A stretch of DNA of 64,000 nucleotides, taken from assembly GCF_009914755.1 (NCBI RefSeq), contig NC_060925.1; one strand, 5' to 3'. The notes below the pieces were generated by a model. The model did no database searches and was not told the origin of the DNA. It saw only the letters and a list, made by a program, of their open reading frames with translations. Positions 1 to 15,000 of this stretch are shown here, one piece after another. Positions within the stretch are counted from its first letter, which is position 1. Every line of letters begins with the position of its first letter. Made by a program: the position numbers and the translations under genes. Source of the DNA: the human T2T-CHM13v2.0 reference genome, Homo sapiens.

Positions 1-3000
1 TGGAATAATCCCCGGACTCGAATGCAATCATCATCGTATAGAATCGAGTGGAATCATCGAATGGACTCGAATGGAATAATCATTGAATGGAATCGAATGG
101 AATCATCATCGGATGGATACGAATGGAATCATCATCGAATGGAAGTGAAAGGAGTCATCATCTAATGGAATTGCATGGAATCATCATAAAATGGAATCGA
201 ATGGAATCAACATCAAATGGAATCAAATGGAATCATTGAACGGAATTGAATGGAATCGTCATCGAATGAATTGAATGCAATCATCGAATGGTCTCAAATG
301 GAATCATCTTCAAATGGAATGGAATGGAATCATCGCATAGAATCGAATGGAATTATCATGGAATGGAATCGAATGGTATCAACATCAAATGGAAAAAAAC
401 GGAATTATCGAATGGAATCGAAGAGAATCATCGAACGGACCCGAATGGAATCATCTAATGGAATGGAATGGAATAATCCATGGACTCGAATGCAATCATC
501 ATCGAATGGAATCGAATGGAATCATCGAATGGACTCGAATGGAATAATCATTGAACGGAATCGAATGGAATCATCATCGGATAGAAATGAATGGAATCAT
601 CATCGAATGGAATCGAATAGAATTATGGAATGAAATCCAGTGTGATCATCATCGAATGGACCCGAATGGAATCATCATCCAACGGAAGCTAATGGAATCA
701 ACATCGAATGAATCGAATGGAAACACCATCGAATTGAAACGAATGGAATTATCATGAAATTGAAATGGATGGACTCATCATCGAATGGATTCGAATGGAA
801 TCATCGAATAAAATTGATTGAAATCATCATCAAATGGAATCGAATGGTATCATTGAATGGAATCGAATGGAATCATCATCAGATGGAAATGAATGGAATC
901 GTCATAGAATGGAATCGAATGGATTCATTGAATGGAATCAGATGGAATCATCGAATGGACTGGAATGGAATCATTGAATGGACTCGAAAGGGATCATTAT
1001 TGAATGGAATTGAATGGAATCATCGAATGGTCTCGATTGGAATCATTACCAAATGGAATCGAATGGAATCACCGAATAGAATCGAATGGAACAATCATCG
1101 AATGGACTCAAATGGAATTACCCTCTAATGGAATCGAATGGAATTATCGAATGCACTCGAATGGAATTATCGAATGCATTCGAATAGAATCATCGAATGG
1201 ACTCGAATGGAATCATCGAATGGAATGGAATGGAACAGTCAATGAACTCCAATGGAATCATCATTGAATGGAATCGAATGGAATCATCGAGTGGAATCGA
1301 ATGGAATTATGATCAAATGGAATCGAATGTAATCATCAACAAATGGAATCAAAAATAACCATCATCAATTGGTATTGAATGGAATTGTCATCAAATGGAA
1401 TTCAAAGGAATCATCATCAAATGGAACCGAATGGAATCCTCATTGAATGGAAATGAAAGGGGTCATCATCTAATGGAATCGCATGGAATCATCATCAAAT
1501 GGAATCGAATGGAATCAACATCAAATGGAATCAAATGGAATCATTGAACGGAATTGAATGGAATCGTCATCGAATGAATTGAATGCAATCATCGAATGGT
1601 CTCGAATGGAATCATCTTCAAATGGAATGGAATGGAATCATCGCATAGAATCGAATGGAATTATCATCGAATGGAATCGAATGGAATCAACATCAAACGG
1701 AAAAAAACGGAATTATCGAATGGAATCGAAGAGAATCATCGAATGGACCCGAATGGAATCATCTAATGGAATGGAATGGAATAATCCATGGACTCGAATG
1801 CAATCATCATCGAATGGAATCGAATGGAATCATCGAATGGACTCGAATGGAATAATCATTGAACGGAATCGAATGGAATCATCATCGGATGGAAACGAAT
1901 GGAATCATAATCGAATGGAAATGAAAGGAGTCATCATCTAATGGAATTGCATGGAATCATCATCAAATGGAATCGAATGGAATCAACATCAAATGGAATC
2001 AAATGGAATCATTGAACGGAATTGAATGGAATCGTAATCGAATGAATTGAATGCAATCATCGAATGGTCTCGAATGGAATCATCTTCAAATGAAATGGAA
2101 TGGAATCATTGCATAGAATCGAATGGAATTATCATCGAATGGAATCAAATGTTATCAACATCAAATGGAAAAAAACGGAATTATCGCATGGAATCGAAGA
2201 GAATCATCGAATGGACACGAATGGAATCATCTAATGGAATGGAATGGAATAATCCATGGACTCGAATGCAATCATCATCGAATGGAATCGAATGGAATCA
2301 TCGAATGGAGTCGAATGGAATAATCATTGAACGGAATCGAATGGAATCATCATCGGATGGAAATGAATGGAATCATCATCGAATGGAATCGAATAGAATT
2401 ATGGAATGAAATCCAGTGTGATCATCATCGAATGGACCCGAATAGAATCATCATCCAACGGAAGCTAATGGAATCAACATCGAATGAATCTAACAGAAAC
2501 ACCATCGAATTGAAATAAAGGGAATTATCATGAAATTGGAATGGATGGACTCATCATCGAATGGATTCGAATGGAATCATAGAATAAAATTGATTGAAAT
2601 CATCATCAAATGGAATCGAATGGTATCATTGAATGGAATCGAATGAAATCGTCATCAGATGGAAATGAATGGAATCGTCATAGAATGGAATCGAATGGAT
2701 TCATTGAATGGAATCAGATGGAATCATCGAATGGACTGGAATGGAATCATTGAATGGACTTGAAAGATATCATTATTGAATGGAATTGAATGGAATCATT
2801 GAATGGTCTCGATTGGAATCATTATAAAATGGAATCGAATGGAATCACCGAATAGAATCGAATGGAACAATCATCGAATGGACTCAAATGGAATTATCCT
2901 CAAATGGAATTGAATGGAATTATCGAATGCAATCGAATGGAATTATCGAATGCAATCGAATAGAATCATCGAATGGACTCGAATGGAATCATCGAATGGA

Positions 3001-6000
3001 ATGGAATGGAACAGTCAATGAACACGAATGGAATCATCATTGAATGGATTCAAATGGAATCATCGAGTGGAATCGAATGGAATTATGATCAAATGGAATC
3101 GAATGTAATCATCATCAAATGGAATCAAAAATAACCATCATCAATTGGTAGTGAATGGAATTGTCATCAAGTGGAATTCAAAGGAATCATCATCAAATGG
3201 AACCGAATGGAATCCTCATTGAATGGAAATGAAAGGGGTCATCATCTAATGGAATCGCATGGAATCATCATCAAATGGAATCGAATGGAATTATCATTAA
3301 ATGGAATCTAATGGAATCATTGAACAGAATTGAATGGAATCGTCATCGAATGAATTGAATGCAATCATCGAATGGTCTCGAATGGAATCATCTTCTAATG
3401 GAAAGGAATGGAATCATCGCATAGAATCGAATGGAATTAACATTGATGGACTCGAATGGAATCAACATCAAACGGAATTAAGCGGAATTATCGAATGGAA
3501 TCGAAGAGAATCATCGAATGGACTCGAATGGAATCATCTAATGGAATGGAATGGAATAATCCCCGGACTCGAATGCAATCATCATCGTATAGAATCGAGT
3601 GGAATCATCGAATGGACTCGAATGGAATAATCATTGAATGGAATCGAATGGAATCATCATCGGATGGATACGAATGGATTCATCATCGAATGGAAATGAA
3701 AGGAGTCATCATCTAATGGAATTGCATGGAATCATCATAAAATGGAATTGAATGGAATCAACATCAAATGGAATCAAATGGAATCATTGAACGGAATTGA
3801 ATGGAATCGTCATCGAATGAATTGAATGCAATCATCGAATGGTCTCAAATGGAATCATCTTCAAATGGAATGGAATGGAATCATCGCATAGAATCGAATG
3901 GAATTATCATCGAACGGTATCAACATCAAACGGAAAAAAACGGAATTATCGAATGGAATCGAAGAGAATCATCGAATGGACCCGAATGGAATCATCTAAT
4001 GGAATGGAATGGAATAATCCATGGACTCGAATGCAATCATCATCGAATGGAATCGAATGGAATCATCGAATGGACTCGAATGGAATAATCATTGAACGGA
4101 ATCGAATGGAATCATCATCGGATGGAAATGAATGGAATCATCATCGAATGGAATCGAATAGAATTATGGAATGAAATCCAGTGTGATCATCATCGAATGG
4201 ACCCGAATGGAATCATCATCCAACGGAAGCTAATGGAATCAACATCGAATGAATCGAATGGAAACACCATCGAATTGAAACGAATGGAATTATCATGAAA
4301 TTGAAATGGATGGAGTCATCATCGAATGGATTCGAATGGAATCATCGAATAAAATTGATTGAAATCATCAAATGGAATCGAATGGTATCATTGAATGGAA
4401 ACGAATGGAATCATCATCAGATGGAAATGAATGGAATCGTCATAGAATGGAATCGAATGGATTCATTGAATGGAATCAGATGGAATCATCGAATGGACTG
4501 GAATGGAATCATTGAATGGACTCGAAAGGGATCATTATTGAATGGAATTGAATGGAATCATCGAATGGTCTCGATTGGAATCATTACCAAATGGAATCGA
4601 ATGGAATCACCGAATAGAATCGAATGGAACAATCATCGAATGGACTCAAATGGAATTACCCTCAAATGGAATCGAATGGAATTATCGAATGCACTCGAAT
4701 GGAATTATCGAATGCATTCGAATAGAATCATCGAATGGACTCGAATGGAATCATCGAATGGAATGGAATGGAACAGTCAATGAACTCGAATGGAATCATC
4801 ATTGAATGGAATCGAATGGAATCATCGAGTGGAATCGAATGGAATTATGATCAAATGGAATCGAATGTAATCATCAACAAATGGAATCAAAAATAACCAT
4901 CATCAATTGGTATTGAATGGAATTGTCATCAAATGGAATTCAAAGGAATCATCATCAAATGGAACCGAATGGAATCCTCATTGAATGGAAATGAAAGGAG
5001 TCATCATCTAATGGAATCGCATGGAATCATCATCAAATGGAATCGAATGGAATCATCATCAAATGGAATCTAATGGAATCATTGAACAGAATTGAATGGA
5101 ATCGTCATCGAATGAATTGAATGCAATCATCGAATGGTCTCGAATGGAATCATCTTCTAATGGAAAGGAATGGAGTCATCGCATAGAATCGAGTGGAATT
5201 AACATTGAATGGACTCGAATGGAATCAACATCAAACGGAATCAAGCGGAATTATCGAATGGAATCGAAGAGAATCATCGAATGGACTCGAATGGAATCAT
5301 CTAATGGAATGGAATGGAATAATCCACGGACTCGAATGCAATCATCATCGTATAGAATCGAATGGAATCATCGAATGGACTCGAATGCAATAATCATTGA
5401 ACGGAATCGAATGGAATCATCATCGGATGGAAACGAATGGAATAATCATCGAATGGAAATGAAAGGAGTCATCATCTAATGGAATTGCATGGAATCATCA
5501 TAAAATGGAATCGAATGGAATCAACATCAAATGGAATCAAATGGAATCATTGAACGGAATTTAATGGAATCGTCATCGAATGAATTGAATGTAATCATCG
5601 AATGGTCTCGAATGGAATCATCTTCAAATGGAATGGAATGGAATCATCGCATAGAATCGAATGGAATTATCATCGAATGGAATCGAATGGTATCAACATC
5701 AAAAGGAAAAAAACGGAATTATCGAATGGAATTGAAGAGAATCATCGAACGGACCCTAATGGAATCATCTAATGGAATGGAATGGAATAATCCATGGACC
5801 CGAATGTAATCATCATCGAATGGAATCGAATGGAATCATCGAATGGACTCGAATGGAATAATCATTGAACGGAATCAAATGGAATCATCATCACATGGAA
5901 ACGAATGGAATCATCATGGAATGGAAATGAAAGGAGTCATCATCTAATGGAATTGCATGGAATCATCATCAAATGGAATCGAATGGAATCAACATCAAAT

Positions 6001-9000
6001 AGAATCAAATGGAATCATTGAACGGAATTGAATGGAATCGTAATCGAATGAATTGACTGCAATCATCGAATGGTCTCGAATGGAATCATCTTCAAATGAA
6101 ATGGAATGGAATCATCGCATAGAATCGAATGGAATTATCATCGAATGGAATCAAATGTTATCAACATCAAATGGAAAAAAACGGAATTATCGCATGGAAT
6201 CGAAGAGAATCATCGAATATACCCGAATGGAATCATCTAATGGAATGGAATGGAATAATCCATGGACTCGAATGCAATCATCATCGAATGGAATCGAATG
6301 GAATCATCGAATGGAGTCGAATGGAATAATCATTGAACGGAATCGAATGGAATCATCATCGGATGGAAATGAATGGAATCATCATCGAATGGAATCGAAT
6401 AGAATTATGGAATGAAATCCAGTGTGATCATCATCGAATGGACCCGAATGGAATCATCATCCAACGGAAGCTAATGGAATCAACATCGAATGAATCTAAC
6501 AGAAACACCATCGAATTGAAATGAATGGAATTATCATGAAATTGTAATGGATGGACTCATCATCGAATGGATTCGAATGGAATCATCGAATAAAATTGAT
6601 TGAAATCATCATCAAATGGAATCAAATGGTATCATTGAATGGAATCGAATGAAATCGTCATCAGATGGAAATGAATGGAATCGTCATAGAATGGAATCGA
6701 ATGGATTCATTGAATGGAATCAGATGGAATCATCGAATGGACTGGAATGGAATCATTGAATTTACTTGAAAGATATCATTATTGAATGGAATTGAATGGA
6801 ATCATCGAATGGTCTCGATTGGAATCATTATCAAATAGAATCGAATGGAATCACCGAATAGAATCAAAGGGAACAATCATCGAATGGACTCAAATGGAAT
6901 TATCCTCAAATGGAATTCAATGGAATTATCGAATGCAATCCCATGGAATTATCGAATGCAATCGAATAGAATCATCGAATGGACTCGAATGGAATCATCG
7001 AATGGAATGGAATGGAACAGTCAATGAACACGAATGGAATCATCATTGAATGGAATCAAATGGAATCATCGAGTGGAATCGAATGGAATTTTGATCAAAT
7101 GGAATCGAATGTAATCATCATCAAATGGAATCAAAAATAACCATCATCAATTGGTATTGAATGGAATTGTCATCAAGTGGAATTCAAAGGAATCATCATC
7201 AAATGGAACCGAATGGAATCCTCATTGAATGGAAATGAAAGGGGTCATCATCTAATGGAATCGCATGGAATCATCATCAAATGGAATCGAATGGAATTAT
7301 CATCAAATGGAATCTAATGGAATCATTGAACAGAATTGAATGGAATCATCATCGAATGAATTGAATGCAATCATCGAATGGTCTCGAATGGAATCATCTT
7401 CTAATGGAAAGGAATGGAATCATCGCATAGAATCGAATGGAATTAACATTGAATGGACTCGAATGGAATCAACATCAAACGGAATCAAGCGGAATTATCG
7501 AATGGAATCGAAGAGAATCATCGAATGGACTCGAATGGAATCATCTAATGGAATGGAATGGAATAATCCCCGGACTCGAATGCAATCATCATCGTATAGA
7601 ATCGAGTGGAATCATCGAATGGACTCGAATGGAATAATCATTGAATGGAATCGAATGGAATCATCATCGGATGGATACGAATGGAATCATCATCGAATGG
7701 AAGTGAAAGGAGTCATCATCTAATGGAATTGCATGGAATCATCATAAAATGGAATCGAATGGAATCAACATCAAATGGAATCAAATGGAATCATTGAACG
7801 GAATTGAATGGAATCGTCATCGAATGAATTGAATGCAATCATCGAATGGTCTCAAATGGAATCATCTTCAAATGGAATGGAATGGAATCATCGCATAGAA
7901 TCGAATGGAATTATCATGGAATGGAATCGAATGGTATCAACATCAAATGGAAAAAAACGGAATTATCGAATGGAATCGAAGAGAATCATCGAACGGACCC
8001 GAATGGAATCATCTAATGGAATGGAATGGAATAATCCATGGACTCGAATGCAATCATCATCGAATGGAATCGAATGGAATCATCGAATGGACTCGAATGG
8101 AATAATCATTGAACGGAATCGAATGGAATCATCATCGGATAGAAATGAATGGAATCATCATCGAATGGAATCGAATAGAATTATGGAATGAAATCCAGTG
8201 TGATCATCATCGAATGGACCCGAATGGAATCATCATCCAACGGAAGCTAATGGAATCAACATCGAATGAATCGAATGGAAACACCATCGAATTGAAACGA
8301 ATGGAATTATCATGAAATTGAAATGGATGGACTCATCATCGAATGGATTCGAATGGAATCATCGAATAAAATTGATTGAAATCATCATCAAATGGAATCG
8401 AATGGTATCATTGAATGGAATCGAATGGAATCATCATCAGATGGAAATGAATGGAATCGTCATAGAATGGAATCGAATGGATTCATTGAATGGAATCAGA
8501 TGGAATCATCGAATGGACTGGAATGGAATCATTGAATGGACTCGAAAGGGATCATTATTGAATGGAATTGAATGGAATCATCGAATGGTCTCGATTGGAA
8601 TCATTACCAAATGGAATCGAATGGAATCACCGAATAGAATCGAATGGAACAATCATCGAATGGACTCAAATGGAATTACCCTCTAATGGAATCGAATGGA
8701 ATTATCGAATGCACTCGAATGGAATTATCGAATGCATTCGAATAGAATCATCGAATGGACTCGAATGGAATCATCGAATGGAATGGAATGGAACAGTCAA
8801 TGAACTCCAATGGAATCATCATTGAATGGAATCGAATGGAATCATCGAGTGGAATCGAATGGAATTATGATCAAATGGAATCGAATGTAATCATCAACAA
8901 ATGGAATCAAAAATAACCATCATCAATTGGTATTGAATGGAATTGTCATCAAATGGAATTCAAAGGAATCATCATCAAATGGAACCGAATGGAATCCTCA

Positions 9001-9075
9001 TTGAATGGAAATGAAAGGGGTCATCATCTAATGGAATCGCATGGAATCATCATCAAATGGAATCGAATGGAATCA
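1..9075 (+). repeat. Near-identical segment pair 1..1517 and 7559..9075 (offset 7558 bp)
   Basis: Rare variants are shared at a constant offset: GGAAGTGAAAGG (141/7699), GGATAGAAATG (~579/8137), CCCTCTAATGG (1121/8679) and AACTCCAATGG (~1245/8803). ORF pairs 250/7808 and 754/8312 translate identically. The match breaks at 1518/9076. Confidence 0.85.
690..700 (+). promoter_or_regulatory. Representative match to the DUX4 consensus (TAAYBBAATCA), repeated 1-2 times per unit
   Basis: TAATGGAATCA at 690-700 (GCTAATGGAATCAAC), with a second site type TCTAATGGAATCATTG (e.g. 3309-3319). DUX4 binding and activation of HSATII is established, but occupancy of these particular sites cannot be shown from sequence. 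Confidence 0.4.
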
Positions 9076-12000
9076 TCATCAAATGGAATCTAATGGAATC
9101 ATTGAACAGAATTGAATGGAATCGTCATCGAATGAATTGAATGCAATCATCGAATGGTCTCGAATGGAATCATCTTCTAATGGAAAGGAATGGAATCATC
9201 GCATAGAATCGAATGGAATTAACATTGAATGGACTCGAATGGAATCAACATCAAACGGAATCAAGCGGAATTATCGAATGGAATCGAAGAGAATCATCAA
9301 ATGGACTCGAATGGAATCATCTAATGGAATGGAATGGAATAATCCACGGACTCGAATGCAATCATCATCGTATAGAATCGAATGGAATCATCGAATGGAC
9401 TCGAATGGAATAATCATTGAACGGAATCGAATGGAATAATCATCGGATGGAAACGAATGGAATCATCATCGAATGGAAATGAAAGGAGTCATCATCTAAT
9501 GGAATTGCATGGAATCATCATAAAATGGAATTGAATGGAATCAACATCAAATGGAATCAAATGGAATCATTGAATGGAATTGAATGAGATCGTCATCGAA
9601 TGAATTGAATGCAATCATCGAATGGTCTCGAATGGAATCATCTTCAAATGGAATGGAATGGAATCATCGCATAGAATCGAATGGAATTATCATCGAACGG
9701 TATCAACATCAAACGGAAAAAAAACGGAATTATCGAATGGAATCGAAGAGAATCATCGAATGGACACGAATGGAATCATCTAATGGAATGGAATGGAATA
9801 ATCCATGGACTCGAATGCAATCATCATCGAATGGAATCGAATGGAATCATCGAATGGACTCGAATGGAATAATCATTGAACGGAATCGAATGGAATCATC
9901 ATCGGATGGAAATGAATGGAATCATCATCGAATGGAATCGAATAGAATTATGGAATGAAATCCAGTGTGATCATCATCGAATGGACCCGAATGGAATCAT
10001 CATCCAACGGAAGCTAATGGAATCAACATCGAATGAATCGAATGGAAACACCATCGAATTGAAACGAATGGAATTATCATGAAATTGAAATGGATGGAGT
10101 CATCATCGAATGGATTCGAATGGAATCATCGAATAAAATTGATTGAAATCATCATCAAATGGAATCGAATGGTATCATTGCATGGAAACGAATGGAATCA
10201 TCATCAGATGGAAATGAATGGAATCGTCATAGAATGGAATCGAATGGATTCATTGAATGGAATCAGATGGAATCATCGAATGGACTGGAATGGAATCATT
10301 GAATGGACTCGAAAGGGATCATTATTGAATGGAATTGAATGGAATCATCGAATGGTCTCGATTGGAATCATTACCAAATGGAATCGAATGGAATCACCGA
10401 ATAGAATCGAATGGAACAATCATCGAATGGACTCAAATGGAATTACCCTCAAATGGAATCGAATGGAATTATCGAATGCACTCGAATGGAATTATCGAAT
10501 GCATTCGAATAGAATCATCGAATGGACTCGAATGGAATCATCGAATGGAATGGAATGGAACAGTCAATGAACTCGAATGGAATCATCATTGAATGGAATC
10601 GAATGGAATCATCGAGTGGAATCGAATGGAATTATGATCAAATGGAATCGAATGTAATCATCAACAAATGGAATCAAAAATAACCATCATCAATTGGTAT
10701 TGAATGGAATTGTCATCAAATGGAATTCAAAGGAATCATCATCAAATGGAACCGAATGGAATCCTCATTGAATGGAAATGAAAGGAGTCATCATCTAATG
10801 GAATCGCATGGAATCATCATCAAATGGAATCGAATGGAATCATCATCAAATGGAATCTAATGGAATCATTGAACAGAATTGAATGGAATCGTCATCGAAT
10901 GAATTGAATGCAATCATCGAATGGTCTCGAATGGAATCATCTTCTAATGGAAAGGAATGGAGTCATCGCATAGAATCGAGTGGAATTAACATTGAATGGA
11001 CTCGAATGGAATCAACATCAAACGGAATCAAGCGGAATTATCGAATGGAATCGAAGAGAATCATCGAATGGACTCGAATGGAATCATCTAATGGAATGGA
11101 ATGGAATAATCCACGGACTCGAATGCAATCATCATCGTATAGAATCGAATGGAATCATCGAATGGACTATAATGCAATAATCATTGAACGGAATCGAATG
11201 GAATAATCATCGGATGGAAACGAATGGAATAATCATCGAATGGAAATGAAAGTAGTCATCATCTAATGGAATTGCATGGAATCATCATAAAATGGAATCG
11301 AATGGAATCAACATCAAATGGAATCAAATGGAATCATTGAACGGAATTTAATGGAATCGTCATCGAATGAATTGAATGTAATCATCGAATGGTCTCGAAT
11401 GGAATCATCTTCAAATGGAATGGAATGGAATCATCGCATAGAATCGAATGGAATTATCATCGAATGGAATCGAATGGTATCAACATCAAAAGGAAAAAAA
11501 CGGAATTATCGAATGGAATTGAAGAGAATCATCGAACGGACCCGAATGGAATCATCTAATGGAATGGAATGGAATAATCCATGGACCCGAATGTAATCGT
11601 CATCGAATGGAATCGAATGGAATCATCGAATGGACTCGAATGGAATAATCATTGAACGGAATTGAATGGAATCATCATCGGATGGAAATGAATGGAATCA
11701 TCATCGAATGGAATCGAATAGAATTATGGAATGAAATCCAGTGTGATCATCATCGAATGGACCCGAATGGAATCATCATCCAACGGAAGCTAATGGAATC
11801 AACATCGAATGAATCGAATGGAAACACCATCGAATTGAAACGAATGGAATTATCATGAAATTGAAATGGATGGACTCATCATCGAATGGATTCGAATGGA
11901 ATCATCGAATAAAATTGATTGAAATCATCATCAAATGGAATCGAATGGTATCATTGAATGGAATCGAATGGAATCATCATCAGATGGAAATGAATGGAAT

Positions 12001-15000
12001 CGTCATAGAATGGAATCGAATGGATTCATTGAATGGAATCAGATGGAATCATCGAATGGACTGGAATGGAATCATTGAATGGACTCGAAAGGGATCATTA
12101 TTGAATGGAATTGAATGGAATCATCGAATGGTCTCGATTGGAATCATTACCAAATGGAATCGAATGGAATCACCGAATAGAATCGAATGGAACAATCATC
12201 GAATGGACTCAAATGGAATTATCCTCAAATGGAATCGAATGGAAGTATCGAATGCACTCGAATGGAATTATCGAATGCATTCGAATAGAATCATCGAATG
12301 GACTCGAATGGAATCATCGAATGGAATGGAATGGAACAGTCAATGAACTCGAATGGAATCATCATTGAATGGAATCGAATGGAATCATCGAGTGGAATCG
12401 AATGGAATTATGATCAAATGGAATCGAATGTAATCATCAACAAATGGAATCAAAAATAACCATCATCAGTTGGTATTGAATGGAATTGTCATCAAATGGA
12501 ATTCAAAGGAATCATCATCAAATGGAACTGAATGGAATCCTCATTGAATGGAAATGAAAGGAGTCATCATCTAATGGAATCGCATGGAATCATCATCAAA
12601 TGGAATCGAATGGAATCATCATCAAATGGAATCTAATGGAATCATTGAACAGAATTGAATGGAATCGTCATCGAATGAATTGAATGCAATCATCGAATGG
12701 TCTCGAATGGAATCATCTTCTAATGGAAAGGAATGGAGTCATCGCATAGAATCGAGTGGAATTAACATTGAATGGACTCGAATGGAATCAACATCAAACG
12801 GAATCAAGCGGAATTATCGAATGGAATCGAAGAGAATCATCGAATGGACTCGAATGGAATCATCTAATGGAATGGAATGGAATAATCCACGGACTCGAAT
12901 GCAATCATCATCGTATAGAATCGAATGGAATCATCGACTGGACTCGAATGCAATAATCATTGAACGGAATCGAATGGAATAATCATCGGATGGAAACGAA
13001 TGGAATAATCATCGAATGGAAATGAAAGGAGTCATCATCTAATGGAATTGCATGGAATCATCATAAAATGGAATCGAATGGAATCAACATCAAATGGAAT
13101 CAAATGCAATCATTGAACGGAATTTAATGGAATCGTCATCGAAAGAATTGAATGTAATCATCGAATGGTCTCGAATGGAATCATCTTCAAATGGAATGGA
13201 ATGGAATCATCGCATAGAATCGAATGGAATTATCATCGAATGGAATCGAATGGTATCAACATCAAAAGGAAAAAAACGGAATTATCGAATGGAATTGAAG
13301 AGAATCATCGAACGGACCCGAATGGAATCATCTAATGGAATGGAATGGAATAATCCATGGACCCGAATGTAATCATCATCGAATGGAATCGAATGGAATC
13401 ATCGAATGGACTCGAATGGAATAATCATTGAACGGAATCGAATGGAATCATCATCACATGGAAACGAATGGAATCATCATGGAATGGAAATGAAAGGAGT
13501 CATCATCTAATGGAATTGCATGGAATCATCATCAAATGGAATCGAATGGAATCAACATCAAATAGAATCAAATGGAATCATTGAACGGAATTGAATGGAA
13601 TCGTAATCGAATGAATTGAATGCAATCATCGAATGGTCTCGAATGGAATCATCTTCAAATGAAATGGAATGGAATCATCGCATAGAATCGAATGGAATTA
13701 TCATCGAATGGAATCAAATGTTATCAACATCAAATGGAAAAAAACGGAATTATCGTATGGAATCGAAGAGAATCATCGAATGGACCCGAATGGAGTCATC
13801 TAATGGAATGGAATGGAATAATCCATGGACTCGAATGCAATCATCATCGAATGGAATCGAATGGAATCATCGAATGGACTCGAATGGAATAATCATTGAA
13901 CGGAATCGAATGGAATCATCATCGGATGGAAACGAACGGAATCATCATCGAATGGAATCGAATAGAATTATGGAATGAAATCCAGTGTGATCATCATCGA
14001 ATGGACCCGAATGGAATCATCATCCAACGGAAGCTAATGGAATCAACATCGAATGAATCGAATGGAAACACCATCGAATTGAAACGAATGGAATTATCAT
14101 GAAATTGAAATGGATGGACTCATCATCGAATGGATTCGAATGGAATCATCGAATAAAATTGATTGAAATCATCATCAAATGGAATCGAATGGTATCATTG
14201 AATGGAATCGAATGGAATCATCATCAGATGGAAATGAATGGAATCGTCATAGAATGGAATCGAATGGATTCATTGAATGGAATCAGATGGAATCATCGAA
14301 TGGACTGGAATGGAATCATTGAATGGACTCGAAAGGGATCATTATTGAATGGAATTGAATGGAATCATCGAATGGTCTCGATTGGAATCATTATCAAATG
14401 GAATCGAATGGAATCACCGAATAGAATCGAATGGAACAATCATCGAATGGACTCAAATGGAATTATCCTCAAATGGAATCGAATGGAATTATCGAATGCA
14501 ATCGAATGGAATTATCGAATGCAATCGAATAGAATCATCGAATGGACTCGAATGGAATCATCGAATGGAATGGAATGGAACAGTCAATGAACTCGAATGG
14601 AATCATCATTGAATGGAATCGAATGGAATCATCGAGTGGAATCGAATGGAATTATGATCAAATGGAATCGAATGTAATCATCATCAAATGGAATCAAAAA
14701 TAACCATCATCAATTGGTATTGAATGGAATTGTCATCAAATGGAATTCAAAGGAATCATCATCAAATGGAACCGAATGGAATCCTCATTGAATGGAAATG
14801 AAAGGGGTCATCATCTAATGGAATCACATGGAATCATCATCAAATGGAATCGAATGGAATCATCATCAAATGGAATCTGATGGAATCATTGAACAGAATT
14901 GAATGGAATCGTCATCGAAAGAATTGAATGCAATCATCGAATGGTCTCGAAAGGAATCGTCTTCTAATGGAAAGGAATGGAATCATCGCATAGAATCGAA

